Positions 36,272-48,682 of a stretch of DNA of 64,000 nucleotides are shown here, piece after piece. The DNA lies in the NCBI GenBank assembly GCA_002269645.1, contig NIVC01000143.1, positions 1 to 64,000 of the forward strand, in the 5' to 3' direction. The notes beneath the pieces were generated by a model. The model made no database searches and was not told the origin of the DNA. It saw only the letters and a list, made by a program, of their open reading frames with translations. The stretch is from Macrostomum lignano. Taxonomy: Eukaryota. Position numbers and translations under genes: made by a program. How positions within the stretch are numbered: position 1 is the stretch's first letter; each line of letters starts with the position of its first letter.

Positions 36272-36444
36272 TGTGGTGAGCGAGAGACAAGCCAGTCGGG
36301 TTTAGTCCAACAAACAAAATTCAAACCCTCACCCGAAGGGTGGAGCTATTCTTATATTTACTCGAGAACGCATGTACATCGGATCCCTTGACCCCCAAAC
36401 ACCGACTAGCAAAACAACCCAGTGAGTAAACTCACTTTACAACA
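36272..36444 (-). repeat. 5' LTR of Gypsy element 2
   Basis: Matches 31912-32084; PBS adjacent. Confidence 0.95.
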
Positions 36445-36897
36445 TGCAACAGTCCGCATCTCCACCCCGCTCTGATAGCACTGCAAATCCCTATAAACGC
36501 CTACAGCTAGTCCCTAGTCCCATCCCTAATATCGTGTCTAATCATATGCCTAAAGCACCTGTATGAATCCAGTGTCCTTATACATAAAAGACATTAGAAA
36601 TTGCTGCTTTTTGTAGATAGACTAATATTCAAAAAATCCTACATCATATCAATGCTGTTGGTACATGTACTATTAACAGATCAAGATTTAAATGAAAGTA
36701 CACTCAAACTTTATGCATAAAAAGTACATGCATCAAAAGTAATATTTTGATATTTCGATTATGTTTCTGTAGTTGTGATGATGCAACATTCTGACTTGTC
36801 TACTGCGCGTTCTGCGAGTTGTCTCAAGTGTCTAGATGTACTTATAACTCCACTTGAGATTCTCCCTGTCTCACGCTTACACGCTGACTCTGGGATC

Positions 36898-37145
36898 ACC
36901 CTCTGTAGCTGGCGCCGCCTCTGTAGCTGGCGCCGCCTCTGTAGCTGGCGCCCCCTCCGTAGCTGGCGCCCCCTCTGTAGCTGGCGCCCCCTCTCTAGCA
37001 GGCGCCCCCTCTGTAGCTGGCGCCCCCTCTGTAGCTGGCGCCCCCTCTGTAGCTGGCGCCCCCTCTGTAGCTGGCGCCCCCTCTCTAGCAGGCGCCCCCT
37101 CTGTAGCTGGCGCCGCCTCTGTAGCTGGCGCCCCCTCTGTAGCTC
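36898..37145. repeat. Second array of the 18-bp CTGTAGCTGGCGCCCCCT minisatellite, ~13 copies
   Basis: Same unit as the APP-like intron array. Confidence 0.95.
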
Positions 37146-38617
37146 AGGTCGTCGGGACGCACTGGTTGGCGCTTGGAAGATACAATATGGTATTTAGTTA
37201 CGGTATACTAGCAATCAGCGCCCCCGTTGGGAGCCAACAAAGAATGCAATACAAGTTTTTAAATAAAATACATGTAGCTTCCTCTCTCAATACCCCAGCA
37301 ATTCCCCCCGTAAGCCTTGACATCTCAGCAATTCAGGAACTGCCGAAGATAGTTGCAATAAGTTTGCAATTTCACGCCCAAGGCACGCGAGAGAGTGGGA
37401 GGCTGGGAAGGAAGACTGAGAGCCCCACTCCAAACAACCGACCCACCGGTGATTCGAACAGGAGTATATAACGAAATAAGGGGGGTAAAATACATGGAGG
37501 TGACTCCACCAAGCTGGATGACGGGGTGGGTTACTCCTGCACTGCAAGAGTGCGCAACACAACACTCGGCTCCATGTCTCAAATTCATCCCAGATCTTCA
37601 TTCGATAACATAATCTTAGAGTACTATATCGCGATGGCTTTTTTGTAAATTATTAAAACAAAAAAGTTAGACCACAGCAAGGGTGTTTTGTAATGCGAAT
37701 CAGCAGGTAATGTTGCTGAAATTTAAGTTGTATTTGCTGTTCACCTTCTCAAGTTCTTAGCTATTGGATAGTTTGCTAAACCAATGGATAGTCACTTTTC
37801 TAAGAGAATTTAATAAATTAAAACTTACATACATGTTCAAAATTGCTCAAGAATTAAAGTTTACAGTACGTGACATATTAGTCATACTACATGTAGCCAG
37901 ACATTTGTATATTTGTTATTAACAAATCTTTACTAATGTGCGTACATAGACAAACAATTTGACCTACAATTTTTTAGATTAGTGGGTAAATAGATTCAGA
38001 CAATTTCAATAAGATATCAAATCTCAAAGCAAGCTTATTAGTTTTGACTGCTCCCTTACATCGCATCTGCACTAGGCTCGAATTTTTTCATTTTATAAGT
38101 ACCGGCGTAATTTAATTTATACGAAACGGGCTTCAGTTTGCATTTCTCAAAATCAAGTTACAATTTCGAGTTTCAGTTCCATGCCAGTTACAGTTTTAAG
38201 TTTATGAAATCAGAATGAAATATTTCTCAACGCACCTAAAAACATATTACTGTTCAGGCATCCAGTAACCTAGCCCTAAGATAAACTTCTATAACAAATT
38301 TTCTAAATTTTGTTTAAGATCCCAAGCTATATTAATACTTGATTTTTTGATAAAAATGAGAATTTTCCATCTTTAATAATTATTGAAAAAATCCTACAAT
38401 TAAGTTAACTTTTCGAAGTCAATTTTAAAAAGCATAAAATACCTAGCGAGTAGCTAATAAACTTTTGGATGATATCGTCTTTAAATAAACCAACTGACAC
38501 ACCAAGTAACAAGTATACTAATTTTCTAGTATATTCTATTCCTGCAGCTTTAACATCATACTAACAGCCTCATCCACACCCATTCAGCCTCACAGCTTCA
38601 TCCAGACCCACTCAGCC

Positions 38618-39343
38618 TCACAGCTTCATCCAGACCCACTCAGCCTCGCTGGCCACCTCAGCGGGCACAGCGGCGTACTTCAGCAGGCGGCACATCCGGC
38701 TCGAATTCGCGAAGGCGCAGCCCAGGCAGTCTTGGCTGAGGTGGCAGGCCATCAGGCACTGGATTTCCGTTCTGGTACGAACGCTGATGTGCATGATGGA
38801 GCTGCTGGAGGCTGAGATGCTCGGCAGGCTGGCAGCGGGCAGTCTCGTAAGAGTTGGTCCGACTGCAGTTTGATTTTAAAAAGTGTCAGCTCGAAAGTCA
38901 AGGTGTTTTCAATTATGAGAAAACATCAAAAATATTTCTCCTTACATGCAGGGTAGTCGATTTCGTAGACAGAATTTTTAAAGCCTCCACCACACTTTTG
39001 AGACGATTTTCCCCTGCAGTCGTAGTCGCATTGGCTTTCATTAGCGGCACCGTACGAGCCGTAGGCGAAGCCACAGCAGCAGAATTCTCCCGCCTGAGCA
39101 CAGAAGTAGCGGAACCGACCGTAGGCGCAGATTCGGCTGCACAGCTCCAGCGTCATTGCCTTGTTGTGCACAAATCCGAAACTTGTTTGGTGCGGGCCGA
39201 AGCTGTGACTCCGTACAGGCCTTGTCAAGTCCCTGACATTACTATCCTTATAAACCGATTAGCGAAATCCCAAGGCTGCGTAGGCGCGGCAGCCAGGCAG
39301 CATGCGAAGTCGTCCATTCAGCAGAAAGGCCGTAGCTCCTCAT
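38618..39343 (-). pseudogene. WSC-PAN paralog D (WSC exon frameshifted; PAN exon 38618-38862 open)
   Basis: Signal/WSC 5' part has small indels; MTLELCSRICAYGRFRYFCAQAGEFCCCG retained; PAN exon ends EAEWVWMKL*. Confidence 0.8.
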
Positions 39344-40379
39344 GGCGGATATGATTCTCATGATTCGAAAAATTTAGCAGACACTTTGTCTCTCACTTGC
39401 TTCTTTTTGACAATCGTGACTTCAGTAATTGCCGTTTTTAAGCTAAAAAGCAACGTGGGAGGATAATGCAGACTCTGCTCAATGCATGCAGATCAGTCAG
39501 TGCTGTGGACTCAGGGGAGGCTGAACCAAGCAGTAACTCCCTTTGTCACTAATTGCCTTCCTGCAGAGACCTGCGAGGACCCAGTGATGGGCGTGAGCTG
39601 AAGAAACTGCCAGGCTACCCATGGCGCCTTGAAGCTTCAGGCGCAGAAACAAAGACAAAGCAGAAAGAAGAGGCAGCGTTGAAAACAAACCCGTATGTTG
39701 GAGCTAACATCTTTTTTCATCCCTAAGCCGACGATAGTCTTGTTGGTCTAGAAATCTGAAAGCTTTTTTGGTAGCTGTAGGGGAGCGCTACTTGATCCCG
39801 AGCAATTGCATGTAAGCCTATTCCACTTACAATGAGACAGTGCTTTCTTCTCTCATTTTAAGGCCTGTGTCACTTCATATGAGTTGGGACTCTTTGCTTC
39901 TTTTTCACTGCAAGCCAGTAACAGGAGCGCGAATGCAAGCAGACTCTCTCCATCAATTTGATGCCTATGGTGTGGGCGGCTCTCCGGCTCTCTCACTTAA
40001 AAAGAATATCGATCAGATTGCGACTGGCGCCAATCTTCATCTTCTTTGACGGAGCAGCCTGCTGCACGCGTAGTGCGCCGTTGGTCTGGACAGGCTCTTG
40101 ATAAACATCCACACACTCCTCAAACATAGCGTCTCTTATTGTGGTTGGACGAGCTAGCTTATCAATCTCATTAGTTTCGGAAACTGCAGGATGATTCTGC
40201 GCCCGATCCACAGCCAGAGATGCCCGATACAAACTGCGATCACGACGCCTCGATAAGTAGCGCTTAACAGTTCGCTCACACTTTCGCCCAGTGATGAGCA
40301 TGATCTCCTGGTGGTCTGGCCACTGGCATCCAGGTCGCAAACTCTAGTTACTCTGGAGTCTGGAGTAAGCCTGCACATA

Positions 40380-40505
40380 TTAGCAATTCCTCCATAAGCC
40401 TTGACATCTCAGTAATTCCCCCCAGCTGTAAGCATTGACGTCTCAACAATTCCCCCCCAGCTGTAAACCTTGGCATCTTAGCAATTCCCCCATAAGCCTT
40501 GACAT
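40380..40505. repeat. Short ~30-bp tandem repeat (GCAATTCCCCC...TAAGCCTTGACATCTCA); related copy at ~37290-37335
   Basis: About 4 degenerate units; the same motif occurs at 37295-37335. Confidence 0.6.
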
Positions 40506-41773
40506 AATAGTGTATATGTATGTAAATTTCTAATCAATTTCACAGTCTACTGCAAGTCCATCTGAGACAAGGATTTGCACTTGTATTAGGAAACTTCACT
40601 TAGGACATTGGTCCTTTGTGCTCTATATTCACGTTAAATTCATTTCCAGCGAGTCGAGGTGGAAAGTTGTGAATAATCACAAATTGTTAAAGTGGCGTCA
40701 TTTTTGGATAGAATTGAGGTGGAACAAAGAGATACAAAGGGGTGGGAACCAAGGGGTGTGGATAATACCTCGTTAAAGACTGCACTCTGCCAAGACCCCC
40801 CCCCCTATCACGCTGCTTGAGTTTAGTCTGTTGGATTTGTGGGCTGTGAGGGCCACGACCGGGGTTGCACTACAAATAATTTCATTACAATAGTAACATA
40901 AAATAGTGTTACAGGTGTCTTATTAGTTCCTAATTAATCTACGAGCGCATCCCATTAATGCCACCAAGTAAGACAGCAGGTGAGGTTTATCCGCATATCC
41001 TGAATTTTTGGATCAATGGTAAAAAAACGCTGCATGTACTTTTGACTATTAATACTAGTAGACTCCTATCTGTGGCGAGGTAAGAGGCCGGCTGAGTTGC
41101 TCTTTGGACGGCCCCTTTGAGTTCCAGTAGTTTCAACAGTGCGCCAAAGTGGTCTACAAGCCCAATGCTGACGCTCGTTCCTCAATATGGATCATTTTGT
41201 TTCGAATCGAAGAACCGAGATGAAGATGGAGAATAAGCCATGCCCCATGGACGGGCTCTCTTAGTTTCTGCCTATGAGGACGGCAAAGACTAGCTGCAAC
41301 TGGCGAACCAATGATATTTTGTCAACCGGAAGAAATATAATTTATTACCGCAGCGCCAACCACCCCAGACTCTCCCGATGACAAAATTAAATGCCCTATT
41401 GCACTTATTTAAAGCTTATTTAAAGGTTCGAAGACCCCTGCAGAGAGGTTTCAGATTGAATTTGCTAGCCCGAACTTCAAAGCTTTCCTGTCAACTTCAA
41501 GTCGCCACGAACTCATATTTGAAAATAAAACAGTAAGTAAAACACCAGGATTTCTTGTTTGCAGCTCGGAAGTAAATATTTATTGCCAAATCAACGGGGC
41601 AAGCTTTCCCATGTGTCAAAGTCTTGAAGCCACTGTTTCCAATTCAAAGGAACCAATATATTGGAGTCAGGGAGCTGCTCTCAGCAAAGTTTTCAGCTCA
41701 GCACATCAGGGTATTAAAATCAGTGACAAAACGAAGCAGTTCAGGGTTCCAGGGTATCCAGACCCACTCGGCC

Positions 41774-42679
41774 TCACAGCTTCATCCAAACCCACTCAGC
41801 CTCCCTGGCCACCTCAGCGGGCACAGCGGCAAATTTCAGCAGGCGGCACATCCGGCTCGATGTCGCAAAGGCGCAGCCCAGGCAGTCCTGGCTGAGGTGG
41901 CAGGCCATCAGGCCCTGGATGTCTGTCCTTGCAGCAATGCTGTGGTGGGTAACGGAGCTGCTCGTAGCCGAGATGTTCAGTGTGGACGCTGAAGGCAGCA
42001 TCGTCAGAAACTGTCCAACTGCAGATCAATGTAAGGATTTGGCAGAAAACATGTTTTGCAAGTTTCATGACAACTTTAAAGTAGATTAGTATAAACAAAC
42101 GAAACTAACGAATAAATTTAGTTTTTGAAATCTACGAGAAAGTACATTTAGATGTAAAGAAATGGAAAATTTAAAAGTGACTCCGCTGTGTTATCATTTG
42201 ATTAAAATTTAAGAAACACGCTAAATAGGTAACAATTTCACCCATTATGTCTTACTTGGTTGGTAGTTGATTTCGTAGATTGAATTTCTGTAGGCTCCAC
42301 CGCACACCTGTGACGAGTTACCAGCGCAGACAGAGCTGCACTGAGTCTCAGGAGCGGCGCCAAGCGAGCCGTAGGCGGAGCCGCAGCAGCAGTATGATCC
42401 CGCCTGAACACCAAAGTAGCGGAATCGACCGTAGGCGCAGATTTGGGTGCACAGCTCCAGCGTCATGGCGGGACTGCGTACGAAGGCCGGGACACCAGAA
42501 TCAGTTCGGTGCGGGCCAAAGGTTTTGAGTTCTTGCAGGCCTTTTAAGTCCCTGACAACGGAATCAATATAGCAACCGATGTAGCGAAATCCCAGAGGCT
42601 GCGGAGGCGCAGCAGCCAGGCAGCTTTCAAAATTCGCCCAGGTCAGCAGAAAGGCGGTGAGCTGCCACCCAGCCTTCAT
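41774..42679 (-). CDS. Secreted WSC + PAN/Apple-domain protein, paralog E (intact; exons 42679-42256, 42018-41774)
   Basis: Same architecture and splice sites as paralog B; open frames, signal peptide and conserved cysteines. Confidence 0.85.
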
Positions 42680-43504
42680 GACGGATATGATTCGGGTTTT
42701 TTCAGCGAAAACTTCAGTCAGCAGACAGTTCCTATCTCACTGCTTATTTTTTGCAATCGCGGCTTCAGTTTTGGCCTGATCTGCATTTACATTCGATGCT
42801 CTGTGATGTCGCACCGTATTTAAGCGAAAATTCGAGGTGGGTCATGGATTAATGCAGCTCTGCTAATGGCATGCGGATCAGTCAGTGTTGTGGCCTCAGG
42901 GGAGGCTGAACCAGCTGTAGCTCCCTTTCGGTCACTGCACGAATTGTTTTCCTGCAGCGAATGCAGACCCAGGAGGGGCGTGAGCTCAAGAAGCTGCCTG
43001 GCTACCCATGGCGCCTTGAAGCTTTTGCGATTTAGAACGAAGTTGACAAAGCAGAAATAGCCAGCATTGCAAACAAATTCAAAACTGGAGCTAACATCTT
43101 TTGTCACCCCTAATCTGATGATATCTTGTTTGTTCTGCTGAAATCTAAAAGCTTTTCGGGAAAGCTGACAGATTCCAGGGCGCTGGCGTCAACAGCAGCG
43201 GCACCTCCTGCACCGGATGTAGACAGTGCGACTCGGTGCAGATTATGTGGCCTGTTTGATTGTTTGAATGAGCTATGCACCAACACTGTAGATTTTTCTC
43301 TGTAAGAAAAATTTCAGCTTTTCTAACACTACCAAATACAGTATCTCGTTTTATTTTGCCAATCGGGAAGATGAGTTTCTGACGACTGAAGGTATTTAAT
43401 GAGCCAGAAAGAGAAATCGACTCTCCATTGAGTGCGGACATTTTAATTTAACTGTCTTTGACAGTTGAGGTCGTCTGCGACATCCGGACAGGCTGTTGCT
43501 GTTG

Positions 43505-44070
43505 TTGTTGTTGTTGTTGTTGTTAGCGGAGTGCGGCTCCATCAGATGGGGGCCCAATCGAGGGCACCCAGGAGCCGCGCCACCGCGTGACCATCGGCCA
43601 GGTCGCTGAGGTTTTGCACTCCGTGCATGCGGCGAGTCGAGTCCAGGGCTGGACAGATCAGGATCAGGATCAGGATCAGAGAACTGGGTCACCTCGTCCC
43701 CGCACAGCCTGCAGGCGGCGTCGTCGGTCGTCCCGATGCGCTTCTTATAATAAGCCGAGGCCCGACAGTGGCCTGCACGGACTTGCGAGACGAGGACCCT
43801 CTGATTTCTGGGGCCGTCATGGTAGGTAAGGCTCCCCGAGTAGACATCGTTCAGATGTCCCTCCAGGACGGGCTGGTACCGGACGGACCTGCGCAGCAGA
43901 CTCCTGGACGCGGCTAGCGCTAGCGGAACGTGCTGTTGCGGCAGGCTCGTGGCCCGTTTGGCCTCCCGATCGGCCAGCTCATTGCCGTCGACGCCCACGT
44001 GCCCCGGGATCCACTGTATGGTAATAGCTGTGACCCGAGTAGCACAGCGAATGAGGCCCTTGAGCTCCTC
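43505..44070 (-). mobile_element. 5'-truncated non-LTR retrotransposon with RNase H (Ingi/I-group-like)
   Basis: QWIPGHVGVDGNELADREAK (RNase H), SQVRAGHC...RIG...CRLCG (C-terminal zinc-knuckle region), (AAC)n tail, and 14-bp TSD GGCTGTTGCTGTTG at 43491-43504 and 44071-44084. Confidence 0.88.
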
Positions 44071-45714
44071 GGCTGTTGCTGTTGCTGCAGGTCTATGAAG
44101 TTTGCTGGAATTTTACTAGGATGCATTTTTATAGAAAAGACATTAAAGATGCTCTTCAAATTGCATACTCACATATCAGAATATTCTGAGAACGTCATAA
44201 AAAATCAAAATATAGTTTCGCCAAACTAACCTGTTTTTAATAAATTTTCATAAGCATATATAGAACAACATCAAGTTTGCTTTCGGTGACTGTTTATCAC
44301 ATCATTTGATTGAACTCCACTTGGCCAGGCCAAGTAATGGAAAAATATTATTAGCTATATTCTTAATTTATTCATTTTTAGATATGCAAAACGACTTCAA
44401 ACTTGTTTCTTTGGCCTTGGCTGCACCTCATTCTGATTAAGATAAACAAATAAATAAACGGAGTATATTTTATACTTCCTTAACGGTTGCTTTGCTCGCT
44501 AAATTTCGTAAAGAATTTTTTTCGGCTAGCATATTTCGTTGCGGCGAGTATCGGCCTGGTGGTCAACACCATCGTGCTCTACGTGCCGCTTGACATCGGG
44601 GCTTGCGACTTTGTGCCGACGTTCACCGCGGGTTTACCTGGGTTGACTAATTTCTTTCGGTGAGGGCAGTCCTGCAGTTCGAGTCCCTACCTGACCGCCA
44701 GAGGGCGACGTTGTTCCAGTCGGTGGTCGAAATCTACCGGCTAATGCCGGAAGTAACCTCGTTGAGGGAGTAGAAGTGACCAAAGACTTCTACCTTTTGA
44801 ACGGAACAAGTCATTATGTAACGAGTCCACTTATCCTGACGCTCTGATTACTTATTTATCACGTGTTGCGGTTTCCAAATGCGCCCAAGGCTGCCACACG
44901 CTTACAGAAAAAAACTATAAGTTGCATGCTTAAATATGAGTCTAATTTCTTGGAAACGAAATCTACTTAAACAAAAGGTTTAAGTTTTTACTAAGGGAAA
45001 CAATCGCTTCAAATTCATAATTATCAAACCGTTACAATTAGGAGACTCACTGCCGACTTAGTCGCTTATGTATCGATGACAATTTCAATGAAACAAAAAT
45101 ATTCCTACGGGTCTACGGTAAACGCATTTGATGTATCGGCTCGCGTATGACGTTTTTTAAGGTCTTTTGTGAGGCTCGCCATACGTAGCAGCAAATCCCA
45201 AAAAGCTTCGCAAAAAACTACGCTCGTAGTTACGCAACTTCGGTTCGATGCAATTTAAGTAAAGCATTCTACGCAATTCGAGCTACAAATACTTCTCCAA
45301 AGAAAACGTACCTGACCTGATAATTGGTGCATGTACCTGCTGCTAGCAGAACCGTTCCCGAACGCTGCAATTTAAATTTTGAAGAATCAAAGATTAATCG
45401 CTGAAATTCAAGGTTTTATTAACGTAAACTTCACCAAGCCATTCTTCTAAAGATTCCCCTACTTCTAAACTATTGGATTACTCACTCAACATCTTTGCCT
45501 TTAGTTACTTCTATGTTTGATGGTTCCAACGCCGATATACTCGTATCGGAAAAACCTACCAATTCACGGTAAGTAATACTGAATTTTCCACAGTTATTTA
45601 ATATAGTATACGGCCCTCCAATTCATTTGAAAAAAAACGCTTACATGTAGCTTTATGCTTTGTTTCCAAACTATGAATCTAAAGAGTTCGCTTACCACAC
45701 TGGAAAGAGAGGGA

Positions 45715-45740
45715 AAGACAGAGAGAAAACGAGAGAGAAA

Positions 45741-45771
<31 letters not shown>
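45715..45771. repeat. (GA)n microsatellite
   Basis: Direct reading. Confidence 0.85.
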
Positions 45772-46687
45772 TTAAGTCTAGTTGTCTAAACACACGAACT
45801 CTCACTTCCAGACCGCAAGTCTGGGCACAGAATCTATAAGTGATCATTACTGTCGCGAGCTCCTCTTCTTATCGGGCAGATTCGTCGAGCTCGTCTCCTC
45901 GAAGTAGTTTTCCTCCAGAGTTTCCTGAAGTCGGCTGAGCTTGACAGCACGCCGTAACACTTAAATCCGTCGACGTTAATACATACCTTATGATCAGCAA
46001 TCAGAGATATCCGGGATCCGCCCAATTGTAATAAAATCAACTCAATAACGAAATCCTTCAAAAAGAGCGTCTTCTAGAAACTACGGCATCGGAGTCGTGT
46101 GCCCCTATCGGTTACAATAGGGTACCGAAATCACTCAAATCAAAAATCGTCTAGAAGTATCGGAATCGGTCCATTGGATCCTATTCAATCCATTAGGAAT
46201 AGGGAGGCCTAAAATTCAATAACTCAATAGTAATCAAATAATCAATTACGGCCGGCAATGACTCAGCTCTCAATAATCAAAGAACAAAAGCTTTGACAAA
46301 GGCTTTCCGATCGGTCACACACTTCTCTCAGAGATGTAGCCTCGTAGTTCTTGGTTGGTCTCAAGTTCTCTTGAAGCTGCTCCGAGTCGGGGATTTCAAC
46401 TCGGATTTTTCGTTTGTATTTATATCACAATTTTTGCGAGATATAGATAGTAACGTGATTAATCTTTTCGTTATAGATAGAAAAATGATTTATCTTTTTG
46501 TTATAAATAGTAACATGATTCATCTTTTCGTTATAAATAGTAAACATGGTTCATAGTTTAAGTTTTGCTGCGCGTGTCTGTGTTACTTTACTTACAGTAG
46601 CATTTTATGATTTATATGTACAAATATACCGCAACAGATTATAGCTCGTTAAGGTAAGTACAACTGCAACTGGAGTTTTTTATCAGC

Positions 46688-47462
46688 ATGAAAACCATGC
46701 TTCTGAAGAGCCTCATCATTGGCTTTCTGCTTCTGTGGACCACCACTGAGACTACCGTGCCCCTCTGACATTCCGCTACGTCGGTTGCTACAAAGACAGC
46801 ATTACATCAAGCAAAGACTTAACCGGTCTACAATGAGTCACTGCTTTCGGTCCTTATGCAGCGCTGGAAAAGGTATCCAAATTTGTTAGTAGCAATGCAA
46901 TGACTCTGGAACTGTGTAGCCAAATCTGCGCCTACGGTTGGTTCCGCTACTTTGGTGCACAGGCTCGAAGGTACTGCAGCTGCGGTTTCGCCTACGGCTC
47001 GCCCGGTGCAGCTCCCGAGAGTCAGTGCAGCTCTGCCTGCTCTGGTACCTCATCCCAGCTGTGTGGTGGATATTTCAAAAACTCGATCTACAAAATCAGC
47101 TACACTGCCAGTGAGTCTTTGTAGCTTATTGCTTCCAGTTTTATATATTTCACTGTCTTAGACACTTGCAGAAACCATTTACACCTGATTAAAACTGTCA
47201 CATCCACCAGTTGGTCCTTTGATGAAGAAGCTGCATGGCTGTAGCGTCAATGCCGAGTATCTCGGCTTCCAGCAGCTCCAACATCTACCGCAGTGTTAGT
47301 GCCATGACGGAAATCCAGTGCCTGATGATGGCCTGCCACCTCAGCCAGGACTGAGTGGGCTGCACCTTCGCGACATCAAGCCGGATGTGCCGCCTGCTGA
47401 AGTTCGCCGCTGTGCCGGCTGAGGTGGCCAGTGAAGCTGGGTGGGTCTGGATGAAGCTGTGA
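46688..47462 (+). pseudogene. WSC-PAN paralog F (frameshift and stops in both exons)
   Basis: Signal peptide then frameshift before FRYVGCY, a TGA in the WSC loop, and a TGA after CHLSQD in the PAN exon. Confidence 0.82.
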
Positions 47463-47735
47463 GGCTGAGTGGTTCTAGATGAAGCTGTGAGGCTGAGTGG
47501 TTCTAGATGAAGCTGTGAGGCTGAGTGGTTCTAGATGAAGCTGTGAGGCTGAGTGGTTCTAGATGAAGCTGTGAGGCTGAGTGGTTCTAGATGAAGCTGT
47601 GAGGCTGAGTGGTTCTAGATGAAGCTGTGAGGCTGAGTGGGTCTGGATGAAGCTGTGAGGCTGAATGGGTCTGGATGAAGCTGTGAGGCTGAGTGGTTCT
47701 AGATGAATCTGTGAGACTGAATGGGTTTGTGAGGC
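47435..47735 (+). repeat. 28-bp minisatellite derived from the PAN exon 3' end (GGCTGAGTGGTTCTAGATGAAGCTGTGA), ~10 copies
   Basis: Unit equals the last codons AEWVWMKL plus stop of the PAN exon. Confidence 0.9.
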
Positions 47736-48682
47736 TGACATGGGAGTACCAATGCTACTCAAAGTGACCGAAAGCAAAGCTACTTTACTCTACTTTTTCC
47801 TAGCCTGTCACAAGACATGTTTAAATTATTTCAATTTGCATTTGAGCAAAATACAGTCAGATAAGAAGTCTCAGACTGAGCATGTCAATTCCAATTTTCA
47901 TTTATTTGGTTACATTTTTTAAAAAAATTGCGTGTAGTGCGAATCTGCGAAGGAATTCTAGAATTATAAATTTCTTGCAGTTATTCTGTCTGCGCGATTC
48001 TCATGAAAATGTAATTGTCACCTGTCAACTTCTACCAAAAGCCTTGGGAACTTTAGTTTAAAAAAAAATACGAAAAATCGCAGCCGAAAGACTTCTTGAC
48101 ACCTGTGTGCTTCTGTTCTTTGCCATTGTTAATCTCTGGTCTACTTGTCACTCAATGCTTGGCTCAACGATGCCCAAGAACAGCAAGCAGCATGGGCTAA
48201 ATGATACCTCGAGTGCCTTCGGCGACAATGTACTGAACAGCGATGCAGACTTTCAGCTGATTCCCAAGCTCGATTCCCAGTGCAGTCACATTATAATTTG
48301 GGGCTAAATTGGAATCTCGGCTTGGCTCTGCTACACATGCAATTAACGCCATTGAGGGCCAACCCCCCAAGGCACAGTGAAGTGTACATGCCTAACGATA
48401 AATAAAGTTACGCCTACGTATCAGCGCGCTTCTGTGCCTGCTCAGGGAGTCGATGGAATGTGTAAAGACGCGGGACAAGAACCTGAAGTAATCTGTAAGC
48501 AAGCGACGTCTGAAAAAAACTGCTTCCAACCAGCGAGCATCGTCTGAATTCTTGGAGCCAATGACGAAAGTTTGGCATTTGGAAGAAGACAGAGGGGGAG
48601 AGAAACAGAAAAACATAAAAACAATAAATTGAACTGCCGCACAGTTTGTCTGTTTCTAACATTCTTTACCGATTCGGAAGCC

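Larger units (their letters stand above)
31912..36444 (-). mobile_element. Full-length Gypsy/Ty3 LTR retrotransposon (element 2)
   Basis: 173-bp LTRs 31912-32084 and 36272-36444 (TG...CA, 3 mismatches), 5-bp TSD TGCAA (31907-31911, 36445-36449), PBS TGGCGTCGCG, PPT AAGGAGGATGGTGAA, gag-PR-RT-RH-IN order. Confidence 0.97.

Noticed and set aside
44525-44670. Rhodopsin-like GPCR fragment (GLVVNTIVLYV...IGACDF)
   Set aside because: Very short, spacing between the TM1- and TM2-like motifs is wrong, and there are no further helices or clear splice context.
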